Part shown: positions 38,441 to 49,211 of the stretch, one piece after another | How the letters are laid out: each line of letters starts with the position of its first letter | How positions within the stretch are numbered: the first letter of the stretch is position 1 | DNA from: a virus | Taxonomy: Duplodnaviria > Caudoviricetes | Direction: 5' to 3' (one strand) | IMG/VR virus record: IMGVR_UViG_3300026121_000008 | Coordinates: 47,943-111,942 of that record | Length of the DNA stretch: 64,000 nucleotides | The notes under the pieces: generated by a model | What the model was told of the DNA's origin: nothing | The model's input: only the letters and a program-made list of their open reading frames with translations | Databases searched by the model: none | Position numbers and translations under genes: made by a program

Positions 38441-41317
38441 ATGGACGCCTATACGAACTTTGCTGTAGCAACGGTCGTAACAGCCCCCACTCCTCCGGGG
38501 TCCGGGGATCTCCTCGTGGTGAAGGCGGGCCAAGGCACACGGTTCCCTGCCGTGCCCTTTAATGCGTCCGTCTGGCCGAAGAATCTCCTCCCCGAACCCA
38601 CCAACGCCGAGATCATCCGTGTCCTCGCCATTGACGGCGACACGCTGACGGTGGAGCGAGGGGCAGAAGCGACCTCGACGCGGAACATCCTCGCAGGCGA
38701 CTGGGTGGCGGCGACCATCACGAAGAAGATGCTCGATGACCTGAGACAGTCAGGCATCGTTGGTCCTCCCGGTCCTGAAGGTCCAGTGGGTCCGGAAGGC
38801 CCCGAAGGTCCACCGGGAGCCGGTCTCGCTATCGAAGGCTCGGTGCCCACGTCCGATGATCTCCCGCCCACGGGTGACCCCGGTGAAGGGTGGATCACCG
38901 AAGACACCGGACATCTGTGGGTCTGGGATTCGACGTCGGAGACGTGGATTGACACCGGACAGATTCAAGGCCCTGTGGGACCGCAAGGTCCGCAAGGAGA
39001 TCAAGGGCCGACTGGAGCCCAAGGGGATTCGGGTGTGCCCGGTCCCCAAGGTGATCCCGGCCCGGATGGCCCGCAAGGGATCGAGGGACCAGCGGGAAGC
39101 CAAGGTCCACAAGGTCCGGAAGGCACGATAGGTCCGGAAGGTCCGATTGGGCCGACTGGCCCTCCGGGGACGAGCATCGATCTGCAGGGCACGGTGCCCA
39201 CTGCCGATGATCTCCCCTCTACCGCTCAGCCGGGAGACGCATGGATCACCGCCGATACCGGACATCTCTGGGTCTGGGATGCGGACACCTCTGCATGGTT
39301 CGACGCGGGCGCGTTTCCCCAAGGTCCGCAGGGACCAGAAGGCCCGCAAGGCCCGGTCGGTCCCCAAGGCGAGATTGGCCCCGCAGGCTCCGAAGGTCCA
39401 CAGGGGATTCAGGGCATCCAAGGCTCCACTGGCGTCCAAGGCATACAGGGCATCCCCGGCAACACCGGGGCGACTGGCCCAGCCGGGGCGACCGGGTCCA
39501 CCGGCCCCGCAGGCCCCAAGGGTGATACGGGGCTCACAGGGGCCACAGGAGCGACCGGACCCGCTGGAGCCACCGGACCCCCCGGAGAGACCGGGATCGC
39601 CGGTCCTGAAGGCCCCCAAGGGGTGCCCGGAGCCGATGGGGAGGACGGGGCGACTGGACCTCCCGGAGCCACTGGCCCCGCAGGCCCTACGGGGGCACAG
39701 GGGCCTCAAGGCGTGGCGGGAGCGACCGGAGGCACTGGACCCGCCGGGGCGACCGGATCGACCGGCCCAGAGGGGCCTATGGGTCCACAGGGGCCACAGG
39801 GCGTCCAAGGGCTGAAAGGCAATACCGGCGACCAAGGCCCTGCCGGGGTACAGGGGGAGATGGGGTTCCCCGGACCCGAAGGTCCGACTGGTCCGAAGGG
39901 CGATACCGGGAACACCGGAGCTACGGGATCGACCGGCCCTCAAGGCATCCAAGGTCCGACTGGTCCCCAAGGTGTGCCCGGACCCGAAGGCCCCGATGGT
40001 CCCGAAGGCCCACCCGGAACCGGCATTGCCATCAAAGGCAGCGTTCCCACATACACGAGCCTGCCCTCCACGGGCAACGCCGAAGGCGATGCGTGGATCA
40101 CGTCTGACACGGGTCACCTCTGGGTGTGGGATGGCGATTCATGGGTGGACGCAGGCAATCTGCAAGGCCCACCCGGACCCGCAGGCCCCGAAGGTCCAGA
40201 GGGAGATCAGGGCATCCCCGGCTCGACCGGTCCTCAAGGCCCTGCTGGTGCGACGGGATCGACGGGACCAGCCGGTCCCCAAGGTGATCCCGGACCTACC
40301 GGAGCCACGGGCTCGACAGGAGCTACCGGATCGACCGGTCCCAAGGGGGACACGGGCAACACCGGCCCGCAAGGCATTCAAGGCATTCAGGGCACGACTG
40401 GCGCGACGGGATCGCAAGGCCCCAAAGGTGACACGGGTGATACCGGAGCGACCGGTCCCCAAGGCATCCAAGGTATTCAAGGGCCAGCCGGTCCCGAAGG
40501 TCCAGAGGGTCCACAAGGCCCACCGGGAGAAGACGGCTCAGGCACAGGCGGCAGTACCGATCTCGATTACGTGGGCGATTACACCTCCGGCACCTACAAC
40601 GATGGGGACATCGTCATCGGGGCGGACGGCATCGCCTACATGTGCGTGAAGTCGGGGGTCACCACCCCCCCTGAACCATGGCCGGGGATCGGCGCAACGA
40701 CCGCAGTCGGGCCTCCCGGACCCACCGGCCCGACTGGGCCAACAGGACCGGCTGGAGCCGCCGGAGCCGCAGGGGTGACTGGGCCAACCGGTGCGCCCGG
40801 AACTCCCGGTGAAGCGTGGTTCTCTGGTTCCGGTGTTCCGTCAGGATCGCTCTCCGGCAGCGTGGTCGGAGACTGGTACCTGAACACGTCGAACGGTGAC
40901 GTCTACGAGAAGACTGGGAGTTCCGCGTGGACCCAGCGCATGAACTTGACCGGTCCTGCGGGAAGCACGGGAGCCGCTGGCATCACTCGTCCCTTCCGCC
41001 TCGGCCATACGTGGGCGTTGTATGGTGACGTGACCGCGATTACCACGATGCCCTCGATGTTCGTCCCGTTCAACGGCACGCAGGCCGCGACGTTGATTGG
41101 ATTGCGCCACAAGATTGGTTCCGGAACCAGTGTGGGTGTGCAGTTGAGGCGGAACGGGAGCAATCTCGGCAGCGTGATTACGGTCACCGGAACGGCGACC
41201 ACGACGGCCTTCAGTCAGGCACTGGCCGCAGACGATGAATTGACGCTGGTCTTGTCGTCGCCAGCGGTGACCCCGTCGAATCTCACGGTCACGCTGTACA
41301 TCGAGCACACGCCATGA
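38441..41317 (+). CDS. Collagen-like fibre protein
   Basis: Long Gly-X-Y runs interrupted three times by a GSVPT..LP...[14 protein letters not shown] module. Confidence 0.85.
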   Translation: MDAYTNFAVATVVTAPTPPGSGDLLVVKAGQGTRFPAVPFNASVWPKNLLPEPTNAEIIRVLAIDGDTLTVERGAEATSTRNILAGDWVAATITKKMLDDLRQSGIVGPPGPEGPVGPEGPEGPPGAGLAIEGSVPTSDDLPPTGDPGEGWITEDTGHLWVWDSTSETWIDTGQIQGPVGPQGPQGDQGPTGAQGDSGVPGPQGDPGPDGPQGIEGPAGSQGPQGPEGTIGPEGPIGPTGPPGTSIDLQGTVPTADDLPSTAQPGDAWITADTGHLWVWDADTSAWFDAGAFPQGPQGPEGPQGPVGPQGEIGPAGSEGPQGIQGIQGSTGVQGIQGIPGNTGATGPAGATGSTGPAGPKGDTGLTGATGATGPAGATGPPGETGIAGPEGPQGVPGADGEDGATGPPGATGPAGPTGAQGPQGVAGATGGTGPAGATGSTGPEGPMGPQGPQGVQGLKGNTGDQGPAGVQGEMGFPGPEGPTGPKGDTGNTGATGSTGPQGIQGPTGPQGVPGPEGPDGPEGPPGTGIAIKGSVPTYTSLPSTGNAEGDAWITSDTGHLWVWDGDSWVDAGNLQGPPGPAGPEGPEGDQGIPGSTGPQGPAGATGSTGPAGPQGDPGPTGATGSTGATGSTGPKGDTGNTGPQGIQGIQGTTGATGSQGPKGDTGDTGATGPQGIQGIQGPAGPEGPEGPQGPPGEDGSGTGGSTDLDYVGDYTSGTYNDGDIVIGADGIAYMCVKSGVTTPPEPWPGIGATTAVGPPGPTGPTGPTGPAGAAGAAGVTGPTGAPGTPGEAWFSGSGVPSGSLSGSVVGDWYLNTSNGDVYEKTGSSAWTQRMNLTGPAGSTGAAGITRPFRLGHTWALYGDVTAITTMPSMFVPFNGTQAATLIGLRHKIGSGTSVGVQLRRNGSNLGSVITVTGTATTTAFSQALAADDELTLVLSSPAVTPSNLTVTLYIEHTP

Positions 41318-41958
41318 CGATTCAAGGCACAGGTGGCGCGGCGGCAACCAGTGTGGCGATCCCGACGCACGCCGCAGGCGATTTGATCTGGGTCATCACG
41401 CGAGCGGCGAGTAACACGGCTCCAACCAAACCCACGGCGAGTGGGACCGTGCCGAACTGGACGGTGGCATACACCGGGGGCGCGAACACGCTCGCGTTTG
41501 TGTCTGCGTGGTTCGTGGCAACGGCGTCCACCACGACGACCGGAGCGTGGACCGGTGCCTCCCATATTGCTGTGATTGTGTTGCGTCCGATCCCCGGAAT
41601 GCTCTTGGGAGTGAATGCGGCCCCAACCGGCACAGCCAATGGGTCGAACTCCCAGACGATTGACTACCCGTCTTGTGCGCCCGTCACCACCATTAACGGT
41701 TCGTCGTCTGGATTGCGGATGGCGACACGCGGCACGGCGGCGACCTCGATGAACACGCCTCCCACTGGGTGGACGAATCAGTTGGTGCAACCGTCAGGAG
41801 CGGGCGCGTTGATCGCGGTGCATACGTTTGCGCCCTTGACGCAAAACATCGGTCTTCTCACGGTGAGTTTGACCGGCACGACGAATGCGCCGTGGCGTGC
41901 TCATTCGTTTGAGATCACAGAAAAACCGCCACAGCAGCGGATGATGGTCATCACATGA
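41314..41958 (+). CDS. Virion/fibre-associated beta-rich protein
   Basis: Thr/Ala/Gly-rich, AGDL motif, coupled between fibre genes. Confidence 0.6.
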   Translation: MTIQGTGGAAATSVAIPTHAAGDLIWVITRAASNTAPTKPTASGTVPNWTVAYTGGANTLAFVSAWFVATASTTTTGAWTGASHIAVIVLRPIPGMLLGVNAAPTGTANGSNSQTIDYPSCAPVTTINGSSSGLRMATRGTAATSMNTPPTGWTNQLVQPSGAGALIAVHTFAPLTQNIGLLTVSLTGTTNAPWRAHSFEITEKPPQQRMMVIT

Positions 41959-44900
41959 GCAGTCCCGATCCCGCTACCACGGAGTGGGTACCCATCTGGA
42001 ATCCGATGGGAGCCGGAGAGACTGGTCCCGCTGGTCCGACTGGTCCCGCTGGTCCCGAAGGCCCGCCCGGACCCGGCATCGAACTGACCGGGACGGTCTC
42101 GACTCGTGCGGCATTGCCAACAACTGGTACGGCTGGTGATGCGTACCTCGTTGCGGACACCGGCCATGTCTGGGCGTGGGATTCCACGGCGAGTCACCCG
42201 GACTATGCGACTGTCCGTGCGTCCGACTCGTTCAATCGATCCAATGGGGCGTTGACTGGTTCCTCACTGGACCATGCGGCAGGAGGATTCGGATCGCTGC
42301 ACTGGGCGAACGTGGCGACCACTTGGACGGTGACCAGTAACCGCGCCACGGCTGGAGGGACGGATGGCATCACCGTCGTGACGGATGCGCCCGATGAGAT
42401 GCAGACGGCCATCGAAGCCACGATTGGTCTTCACAACGATGGGATCGGCCTCATCACCCGGTGGGCGGCGAACGGCGCAACAGGCAATGGCTATGTGTTT
42501 CGTGCGCTCGGTCACGGCGGTGGGCTGAGCATCGAGAAGAAGACGGACCTTGCCTACGTCACGCTGGCAACCAATGCGTTCCCCACGGGCGCGGGCTACA
42601 CGTTGCGGTTCGAGGTCGATGGGCCGTACCTGAAGGGCTACGTCAACGGAGCCTTGTTCGTCGCCGCAGAGGACGACACCTATCTGCTCGGCAAGCCGGG
42701 TCTGTTGGGGATCTCCTCGTCCGACGCCATCGACAACTTCAAGTATTACCAAGCGGGCACGAGTTCAGGCGGCTGGGTGGATGCCGGTCCCATCGTCGGC
42801 CCAGAAGGCCCGACCGGACCCGAAGGCCCCTCCGGAGGGGGACTGACCATCCAAGGTATCGTTTCGACCGAAGAAGAGTTGCCAGAAACTGGCGATCCCG
42901 GAGATGTGTGGATCGTTGAAGACACCGGCCATCTCTGGGGATGGAAGGAAGCTGTCGGAGCGTGGACGGTCGTCGCCTCGGACTCGTTCATCCGCTCGAA
43001 TGGTGCTCTGACCGGCTCCACTCTCGATAACACCTACGGCGGCAGTGGCTCACACCAGTGGCTGGATCTGAATCAGTCGTGGGCGATCAACACCAACCGA
43101 TGCGAACCCGGAGGCGGGGGCATCGGGATGTCCTACCCGTACAACCTGTCTCCGTCTGCGAATCAGGCCGTCGAGTCCAAAGTAACGACCTCCAGCACAA
43201 ACAGTCCCGGCATCATGGTGCGGCTCTCCCCGAATGGGGCGGATAGCAACGGCTACCTGTTCTACGTGGTGGGGTTGACCTCGTGTGAACTCTACAGAAA
43301 GACGGCGATGACGTTCACCAGTCTCGGGACTGGTCCAGCGGTGGCTACCGGATCGGTGCTGCGCTTGGAAGCGGAAGGCTCGACGCTCCGGGCGTACGTC
43401 AACGGCACGCTGGTGATCACCGGCACGGACAGTACCTACGCCACGGGTGGGATGGGGTTGTACGGCGGTGGCAACAGCATTTTTCACACCGAGACGAAGT
43501 TCTACGAAGCAGGCGGGGGCGGGGGGGAGTCTGGCTGGGTCGATCTTGGGCCGGTCGGCCTTGTCGTGCATCATGCGACTCACGAACCGGGTGGCACCGA
43601 CGTCATCGAACTGACCGACGAGAACCTGCTGTTCGGTCGGGGTGACGGAGCCGGTGGCGGCGACATGCAGGAGATCAGCCTCGGCCCGTATCTGACCATG
43701 ACCGGCACCGTGATTGACGTCGCGGGCGCAGGCATGACGCCGTTCATCGTGCAAGATCTCGGAGGAGCCAGACGGGCGTTGCAGAAAGCGGGGCGTGCCC
43801 CGGAGGGCTACCTGCCCAACGCACAGGAGCTATCGGCCCTGCCCTCCGGCTACGTCACGGTGGAGACGGGGACGGGGGTGCTGGGGTCCATGTCCACCAT
43901 CCCGTCGTCTGGACTCGCCTCGAATGTGGCCTTGACCGATGTCCAGAACGTGTTCAGAGAGGATCAGTCGATTGCGCGTGGCAGCATGGACGTGGGGCGG
44001 TTGTCCTTTGGGACGGCGGGCGCGGGCTATCTCGACTGGGATGGCCGCAATCTGCGGGTGGAAGCCTACGCCATCATCCCCGCGACCTCGGTCCCGCTCG
44101 GCCAACCTGATCAGGAGTTCGGAGAGATCTGGACGAGTGATGGCATCCGGGCGGGGCAACATCCGGCCACGTCTGGGGCACTGGGATTTGCGAATGATCA
44201 GGGCATCTTCGCCCGGAACGAGGCTGATACCGAAGACATCGAACTGCTGAACCTCGGGTCAGATGATGTGGTCCGCGTGGCAGGCATCGATATCGTGGCC
44301 GCACTGGCGGAACCCGGTCCAGTGGGTCCGCAAGGCCCACAAGGCCCACAGGGCGTGAAAGGTGATACCGGAGCCACAGGGAGTCAAGGCCCACAGGGCG
44401 TCAAGGGAGATACCGGGGCACAGGGCACACAAGGTCCGCAGGGTATCCAAGGCCCACAGGGCGTGCCGCCAGCGAACTGCGCCATCACGAACCAGACGAA
44501 CAATTTCACAGTGGCGCAGACGTTCTCGTCACAGGTCAACATGCCTTCCGGCATCCTTGAACTGTCCAGTGCTGCTCCAGAGGTCCGGTTCAAAGAAACG
44601 ACCGCCCCGGTGGACCAGCGCATGTTTCGCTGGGTGGCCAATTCACAGGCGTTGATTCTGCAAGCCACGAATGATGCCGGAACGGTGGCGTCAACGACTC
44701 CGGTGTATTTCAGTCGAGCAGGCAGTGCCTACATCCAGCAGAACGTCTACGAGCGGGGCCGTCCGAACCCGATGGGCCGCTGGTATGACGTGCCATTTGC
44801 CGCTGGTAACTTCGCGGCCAATGGGGCGACGTGGACGGTTGCCGCCCAAGCCATCCTCCGGCATCGCGTCATGCTGATTGACAACACGATGTGGTGGAGT

Positions 44901-45152
44901 ATCTATGTCTCGTGGTTCTCTGGAGGCAACACCCTGACCGGATCGGCCACACAGTTGTATATCGGGATGCCGTGGAACATGGCCCCGTACCAGTTGAATC
45001 ACATTGACTACGCCATTGACGGGGCGTCAGGCCGGGTCGCGCTCGATGTGAACCCCAGCGGGTCCACCATGGTGATCACACGCAAGGATGGCGCGAACTT
45101 CAACGGCACACCGGGGTTCATCGTCTCAGGACAGGCGTGGGAGATCCAGTAA
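41955..45152 (+). CDS. Tail fibre / receptor-binding-like protein
   Basis: Collagen segments, two DTGHxW modules, duplicated [14 protein letters not shown] lectin-like domain, [11 protein letters not shown] motif. Confidence 0.75.
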   Translation: MSSPDPATTEWVPIWNPMGAGETGPAGPTGPAGPEGPPGPGIELTGTVSTRAALPTTGTAGDAYLVADTGHVWAWDSTASHPDYATVRASDSFNRSNGALTGSSLDHAAGGFGSLHWANVATTWTVTSNRATAGGTDGITVVTDAPDEMQTAIEATIGLHNDGIGLITRWAANGATGNGYVFRALGHGGGLSIEKKTDLAYVTLATNAFPTGAGYTLRFEVDGPYLKGYVNGALFVAAEDDTYLLGKPGLLGISSSDAIDNFKYYQAGTSSGGWVDAGPIVGPEGPTGPEGPSGGGLTIQGIVSTEEELPETGDPGDVWIVEDTGHLWGWKEAVGAWTVVASDSFIRSNGALTGSTLDNTYGGSGSHQWLDLNQSWAINTNRCEPGGGGIGMSYPYNLSPSANQAVESKVTTSSTNSPGIMVRLSPNGADSNGYLFYVVGLTSCELYRKTAMTFTSLGTGPAVATGSVLRLEAEGSTLRAYVNGTLVITGTDSTYATGGMGLYGGGNSIFHTETKFYEAGGGGGESGWVDLGPVGLVVHHATHEPGGTDVIELTDENLLFGRGDGAGGGDMQEISLGPYLTMTGTVIDVAGAGMTPFIVQDLGGARRALQKAGRAPEGYLPNAQELSALPSGYVTVETGTGVLGSMSTIPSSGLASNVALTDVQNVFREDQSIARGSMDVGRLSFGTAGAGYLDWDGRNLRVEAYAIIPATSVPLGQPDQEFGEIWTSDGIRAGQHPATSGALGFANDQGIFARNEADTEDIELLNLGSDDVVRVAGIDIVAALAEPGPVGPQGPQGPQGVKGDTGATGSQGPQGVKGDTGAQGTQGPQGIQGPQGVPPANCAITNQTNNFTVAQTFSSQVNMPSGILELSSAAPEVRFKETTAPVDQRMFRWVANSQALILQATNDAGTVASTTPVYFSRAGSAYIQQNVYERGRPNPMGRWYDVPFAAGNFAANGATWTVAAQAILRHRVMLIDNTMWWSIYVSWFSGGNTLTGSATQLYIGMPWNMAPYQLNHIDYAIDGASGRVALDVNPSGSTMVITRKDGANFNGTPGFIVSGQAWEIQ

Positions 45153-45446
45153 GTGATCGTTGGCGGCGTCTATCCCGGTGCGTATTGGCTAGAGACGGCA
45201 CCCGTCCCGGTCATCCCCGGATTCGCCCCCTGCCTCATCAGCACCATCAAGGTCCGGACATTGGTGGTAGCCTGTGCGGCACTTGATTGCACGACGCTTG
45301 TCGAAGCCACTATGGTACAGGTACAACAGATGGCCACAGGGATCGAGATCAACGGGCATACCATCACCGCGACGGCCATGGTGAAGATCCGCTACCTGAT
45401 TACCAGTGAAGGTATGAAGACGTGCTGTGTGGAGCGAGTCCTATGA
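45153..45446 (+). CDS. Hypothetical protein
   Basis: Abuts the fibre gene. Confidence 0.45.
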   Translation: MIVGGVYPGAYWLETAPVPVIPGFAPCLISTIKVRTLVVACAALDCTTLVEATMVQVQQMATGIEINGHTITATAMVKIRYLITSEGMKTCCVERVL

Positions 45447-45754
45447 GAATTGTGGTGAAGCGCGGCAACGACCAGATCATCTCGCTGATGGGCCTCAAGT
45501 CCACGGACGACAACATCTACCTGAACTCCGCCACGGTGACGGCCTCCCTCCGAGACTACCGGGGCAACGTCGTCCCTCCTTTCGAGGAGGTGCCCATGGC
45601 CTACGTCACAGGGAGCGATGGGAATTACGAGTGGTTCATCGACTCCATTGACAGTATGCTCCCCAAGGGCGTCGAATATCAACTGGAAATTAAAGCGGAG
45701 CAGGCGGGCGTCAATTACAGGACCGTCCATGTCGTGTCGGTGGTGGACGCATGA
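45443..45754 (+). CDS. Hypothetical structural protein (Ig-like)
   Basis: Beta-rich; ATGA overlap. Confidence 0.55.
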   Translation: MRIVVKRGNDQIISLMGLKSTDDNIYLNSATVTASLRDYRGNVVPPFEEVPMAYVTGSDGNYEWFIDSIDSMLPKGVEYQLEIKAEQAGVNYRTVHVVSVVDA

Positions 45755-45933
45755 CCTACGCCCAGATTCTCAAGTGGGATGTTCGCAAAAACAAGAAGGC
45801 GAAGTTCCTGCGGGTGTCTCAGGCGGCACGCGCCCGGTTCCCGAAACACCGTCTCCGTGGAGCCCAAGAAGTGCCCATGGACCTCGATAAAATCAATGCG
45901 TCGTGGAGTATGACGCAGAAACCACAGGGGTGA
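45751..45933 (+). CDS. Small basic protein
   Basis: YAQILKWD motif shared with neighbouring genes. Confidence 0.5.
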   Translation: MTYAQILKWDVRKNKKAKFLRVSQAARARFPKHRLRGAQEVPMDLDKINASWSMTQKPQG

Positions 45934-46313
45934 TCTTCATGCCAGTCTATGGAACCGGAACCGTTGCGACCTTGACCCCCGGCTACCCAGCGGTGGTCTG
46001 GAACGATGAGAACATCACGATGAGCGGGAATGGGCAGAACAGTCAAGCCATCAACATGAAGCGGCACGCCAACATGCCGAACTGCCTCTCGGTGGAGATC
46101 CTGTTTGCCGCCACTCCGGGGACGTTTGCGGTGGATCTCCAAACGGCAGACACCAACGAGGAAAAGTACTACGTCACCAAAGCCACACTGAACACCGGGC
46201 TGAACACCACGTTCGTGGGCCGCATCGAAGTGATGAACATCGTGGCCAAGTTCGCTCGTCTGAAGATGGTCACACTGACCAATGCCGTGAAAGTGACCGC
46301 TCGGATCTTCTGA
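45930..46313 (+). CDS. Hypothetical structural protein
   Basis: Beta-rich ORF with typical codon usage. Confidence 0.55.
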   Translation: MIFMPVYGTGTVATLTPGYPAVVWNDENITMSGNGQNSQAINMKRHANMPNCLSVEILFAATPGTFAVDLQTADTNEEKYYVTKATLNTGLNTTFVGRIEVMNIVAKFARLKMVTLTNAVKVTARIF

Positions 46314-46320
46314 GGTGATC

Positions 46321-47031
46321 ATGGGGTATGTCCAAAATTTCTACGCCCAGAACACGGTGGCGTCGGACTTTAGCGGCCCGGTCACACTGGCCGCTGATAC
46401 CTCGGCGTGTGATCTGCTCCTTATCTGTGGACGTTGGGAGAATCCGACTGCGCCCACGGTGGATGACAACAAAGGCAATACGTGGACCCCTGTGGGAACA
46501 CCCGTCGCGGGACGACAGGTGGGCATCTGGTGGTGTCAGCACCCGACTGTCGGCGCGGGCCACACGTTTCATATGGGCGGCAGTTGGTACATGCAGATCA
46601 TCGTGTTGGGATTTGCCGGGTCGGGTGTGGCACCGAAGGATCAGCACCTCGGGGTGATCACAGCGAACGACCCCATTACGCTGGGACCGATTACGCCCAC
46701 TGCCAACGGGGAATTAGTGGTGTCGGTGATCATGGCAGCGGGGAATGGAGCGACGACCACCGCGAGTGCGCCCTTCATCGTGATGACGGGAGACAAGCAT
46801 CTCAGCATGGCGACGGCCTATGCGATTCAGGCGACTGCTGCGCCGATCTCCGTTACGATGTCTTCCTCGCCGGGGACGGGTGTCCCCGGTCTGATCGCGT
46901 CGTTCAAGGGAGTTGCTGTGCAGACAGCCTCCGTATTGACGTTGACACCCTGTGATCAAGTCACGGTGGGGACGCTGTCGGCTCAGGGAGGGCTCGTCCA
47001 GACGGTGACTCCCTGTGGGGACGTGGACTGA
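46321..47031 (+). CDS. Structural protein, paralog of the domain in 53..1576
   Basis: D.KGNTW.PV...PTVGAGHTF...GPITPTANGELVVS matches the repeated domain of ORF 53..1576. Confidence 0.65.
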   Translation: MGYVQNFYAQNTVASDFSGPVTLAADTSACDLLLICGRWENPTAPTVDDNKGNTWTPVGTPVAGRQVGIWWCQHPTVGAGHTFHMGGSWYMQIIVLGFAGSGVAPKDQHLGVITANDPITLGPITPTANGELVVSVIMAAGNGATTTASAPFIVMTGDKHLSMATAYAIQATAAPISVTMSSSPGTGVPGLIASFKGVAVQTASVLTLTPCDQVTVGTLSAQGGLVQTVTPCGDVD

Positions 47032-47681
47032 TGCTGGTCGATCAGCTTCGCGCCGAGTACCGAGACCGCTTTGCGGTGAAGCGGGACTATCTCTGGGCGT
47101 TGAAGTACGATCCTGCCCAACCCAGAGATGCCGAAGGTCAGTGGACGAAGATGACCGAAGGCGCGGCGAAGGATTTTGACAAAGCCCTCTATGATAAACT
47201 CCAGCGAGGTAACGACACCAATTTCGCTATTTTTGATTATGTGCAGGGAGGGGCTCGATATACGAATGAGCATCTCCGTGCTGGGAAGGTCCGATATAAC
47301 GACCGGCGAAAAGTCGAACTCATTGATGCCCAGATGCAGCGAAATCCTCTCACGGAAGACGCGACGTTGGCCCGCACGATCCTCGATCAGGTCGTGAACA
47401 CACTCAAGGTTGGAGACGTCTTTCAGGATAATGGCTACGTATCCACCACGAAAAATCTCTCAAAAATCGAGGATATCCGTAAGGATATTGGAGCCAATCC
47501 AACTCGGCACTTCATGATGACCGTCTTGGCCCCCAAAGGATTGGGCCACATTGATGTGAATGAAGAACTCGGCGCACATGGCTACGAGGATCAAGAGGAA
47601 GTGATCCTTCCCCGTGGTACCCGGTTTGAGGTGGTGAGCAAAGGGCCGGGGAAGACGATGACCGTGAAGGTGCTCCAGTGA
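47031..47681 (+). CDS. ADP-ribosyltransferase (VIP2/C3-like, R-S-QxE)
   Basis: Y..N..LR, LAR, GYVSTT, DQEEVILPRG.RF.V. Confidence 0.85.
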   Translation: MLVDQLRAEYRDRFAVKRDYLWALKYDPAQPRDAEGQWTKMTEGAAKDFDKALYDKLQRGNDTNFAIFDYVQGGARYTNEHLRAGKVRYNDRRKVELIDAQMQRNPLTEDATLARTILDQVVNTLKVGDVFQDNGYVSTTKNLSKIEDIRKDIGANPTRHFMMTVLAPKGLGHIDVNEELGAHGYEDQEEVILPRGTRFEVVSKGPGKTMTVKVLQ

Positions 47682-48919
47682 GTGATCCTAATGCCGCCCG
47701 GTTTGAAATGCGGGAGGGCGATTTCTTCATTATCACGAAATTTTCTGGAGTGCTGAAGTACGATCCCGATCAGCCCCGTGACAAGCAGGGACAATGGTCG
47801 AAGACTACAGGCCGTAGCTTTACCAGTGACGAGGGCTACGAGTTCCATGAGAAAGGGCCGGGAGCCAAGTGGGCCAAGGCCATGCCCTACGAGGATCAGC
47901 GGGCATTGAGTGGTTATGCCGGGTTTGGGTACCACGACATCAACGATTTGCGGCGAGGCACGTATAAACCCCCGATTAAAGCGCATTTTGTGCGGGCATC
48001 GAGCAAGGAGGAGCACGAAGCCTCGACCATGACGGTCGATGAAGAATATCTCAAACATGCTCCTCATCCCTTTTCCCGCCAGCCGTATGAACGGACGCCA
48101 GACGAGCCGTATGAACGAGTGCTGGATGCACAGGGCAATTACGTCGGCCACATTGAGGTGAACCAGTTTTATACGAGCCCGACCGGCGAGAAGATGATGT
48201 ACTCGGTCCAGCGGGCAGGGCCGGATCTGGAACGTCTCCAAGAAGTACAGAAGGACGCAGATGCCCTAGATGACCTGATCGCCAACCGTGGACTCGTGCT
48301 CGAAGAAGATGTCGTGGTGGAACGTGGAGCCTACCTGCCCGGTGTGACGGTGGATGACTTGGTGGACATGGAATTGTATGGACACCCATGGGAGGAGAAG
48401 GGATTCACGTCCACCTTCCTCGGAGATGCCGGAGGACGAGCGAGAAGCTACCCGGCGTTAGGGAAATGGGAAAGTTTGGGGCAGCGATATCCCGGCACCA
48501 AGCTGTTCGAGCATCAGGATGAAGTCGGGACTGCCGTGCGGTTCTACATCACCTTGCCGAAGGGCACGAAGGTCGCGTCCGTGGAAGCGGCACGACGGAT
48601 TAAGCATGAATTTCCTCGGGTGCAAGATCCTATTGTGTTTGAGCATCCGGAGTGGACCGCAGACGGCAGGACAAAGCCGGAAGATTATACGAAGGAAGAT
48701 CGGACTCAGAAGCCTACGGTGAACGCCAAGGATCTGGACGACAAGGGACGACGCTCAGAGAGTGAAATCCTGCTGGGCAGTGGCGCACGGTTTCGAGTCA
48801 CGAATGTGAAGAAGGGGTATACCTACCAGACGGGCGATGATTCGCTGAAGCCCGTCGAGGTCTACGAAGTCCACATGGAGTATATTGGGGGCGGCAGCAG
48901 CGACGGAGGACAGCACTGA
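47678..48919 (+). CDS. ADP-ribosyltransferase (VIP2/Alt-like, R-S-ExE) with insertions
   Basis: Y..IN..LR, VERG, GFTST, LPKG, SESEILL...RFRV. Confidence 0.8.
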   Translation: MSDPNAARFEMREGDFFIITKFSGVLKYDPDQPRDKQGQWSKTTGRSFTSDEGYEFHEKGPGAKWAKAMPYEDQRALSGYAGFGYHDINDLRRGTYKPPIKAHFVRASSKEEHEASTMTVDEEYLKHAPHPFSRQPYERTPDEPYERVLDAQGNYVGHIEVNQFYTSPTGEKMMYSVQRAGPDLERLQEVQKDADALDDLIANRGLVLEEDVVVERGAYLPGVTVDDLVDMELYGHPWEEKGFTSTFLGDAGGRARSYPALGKWESLGQRYPGTKLFEHQDEVGTAVRFYITLPKGTKVASVEAARRIKHEFPRVQDPIVFEHPEWTADGRTKPEDYTKEDRTQKPTVNAKDLDDKGRRSESEILLGSGARFRVTNVKKGYTYQTGDDSLKPVEVYEVHMEYIGGGSSDGGQH

Positions 48920-49062
48920 TGGCACTGAAGATGAAGAAAACCACTACGAAGAAACGCCTGCCGAAGGGCGGGGATCGATTCGTCTGGGACAAGCTCCCGG
49001 AGTCGGCCAAGAAGATCGACTACGCGAAAGTGCTCAAGTTTGCGCCTAAAAAGCCCGCTTGA
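48919..49062 (+). CDS. Small basic protein (47 aa)
   Basis: MALKMKK...DYAKVLKFAPKKPA; TGATG coupling; GGAGG RBS. Confidence 0.5.
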   Translation: MALKMKKTTTKKRLPKGGDRFVWDKLPESAKKIDYAKVLKFAPKKPA

Positions 49063-49135
49063 CAAACGGTTTAGCCCATGCTAAGCTGGGTGTTCGGTCG
49101 TCGCACGGAGGCGGACGGCAAGCGAGTCGAGCACA

Positions 49136-49164
49136 TTGACAAACGTCACGGCGCGTGAGACACT
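49136..49164 (+). promoter_or_regulatory. Promoter of the PPDK-like operon (second copy at 49059)
   Basis: TTGACAAAC...TGA-GACACT, 17-bp spacer. Confidence 0.65.
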
Positions 49165-49211
49165 AGAGGTCGGTCGGAAGTTCGTCGTTCAATGGAGTGA
49201 AACGAGGAGTC

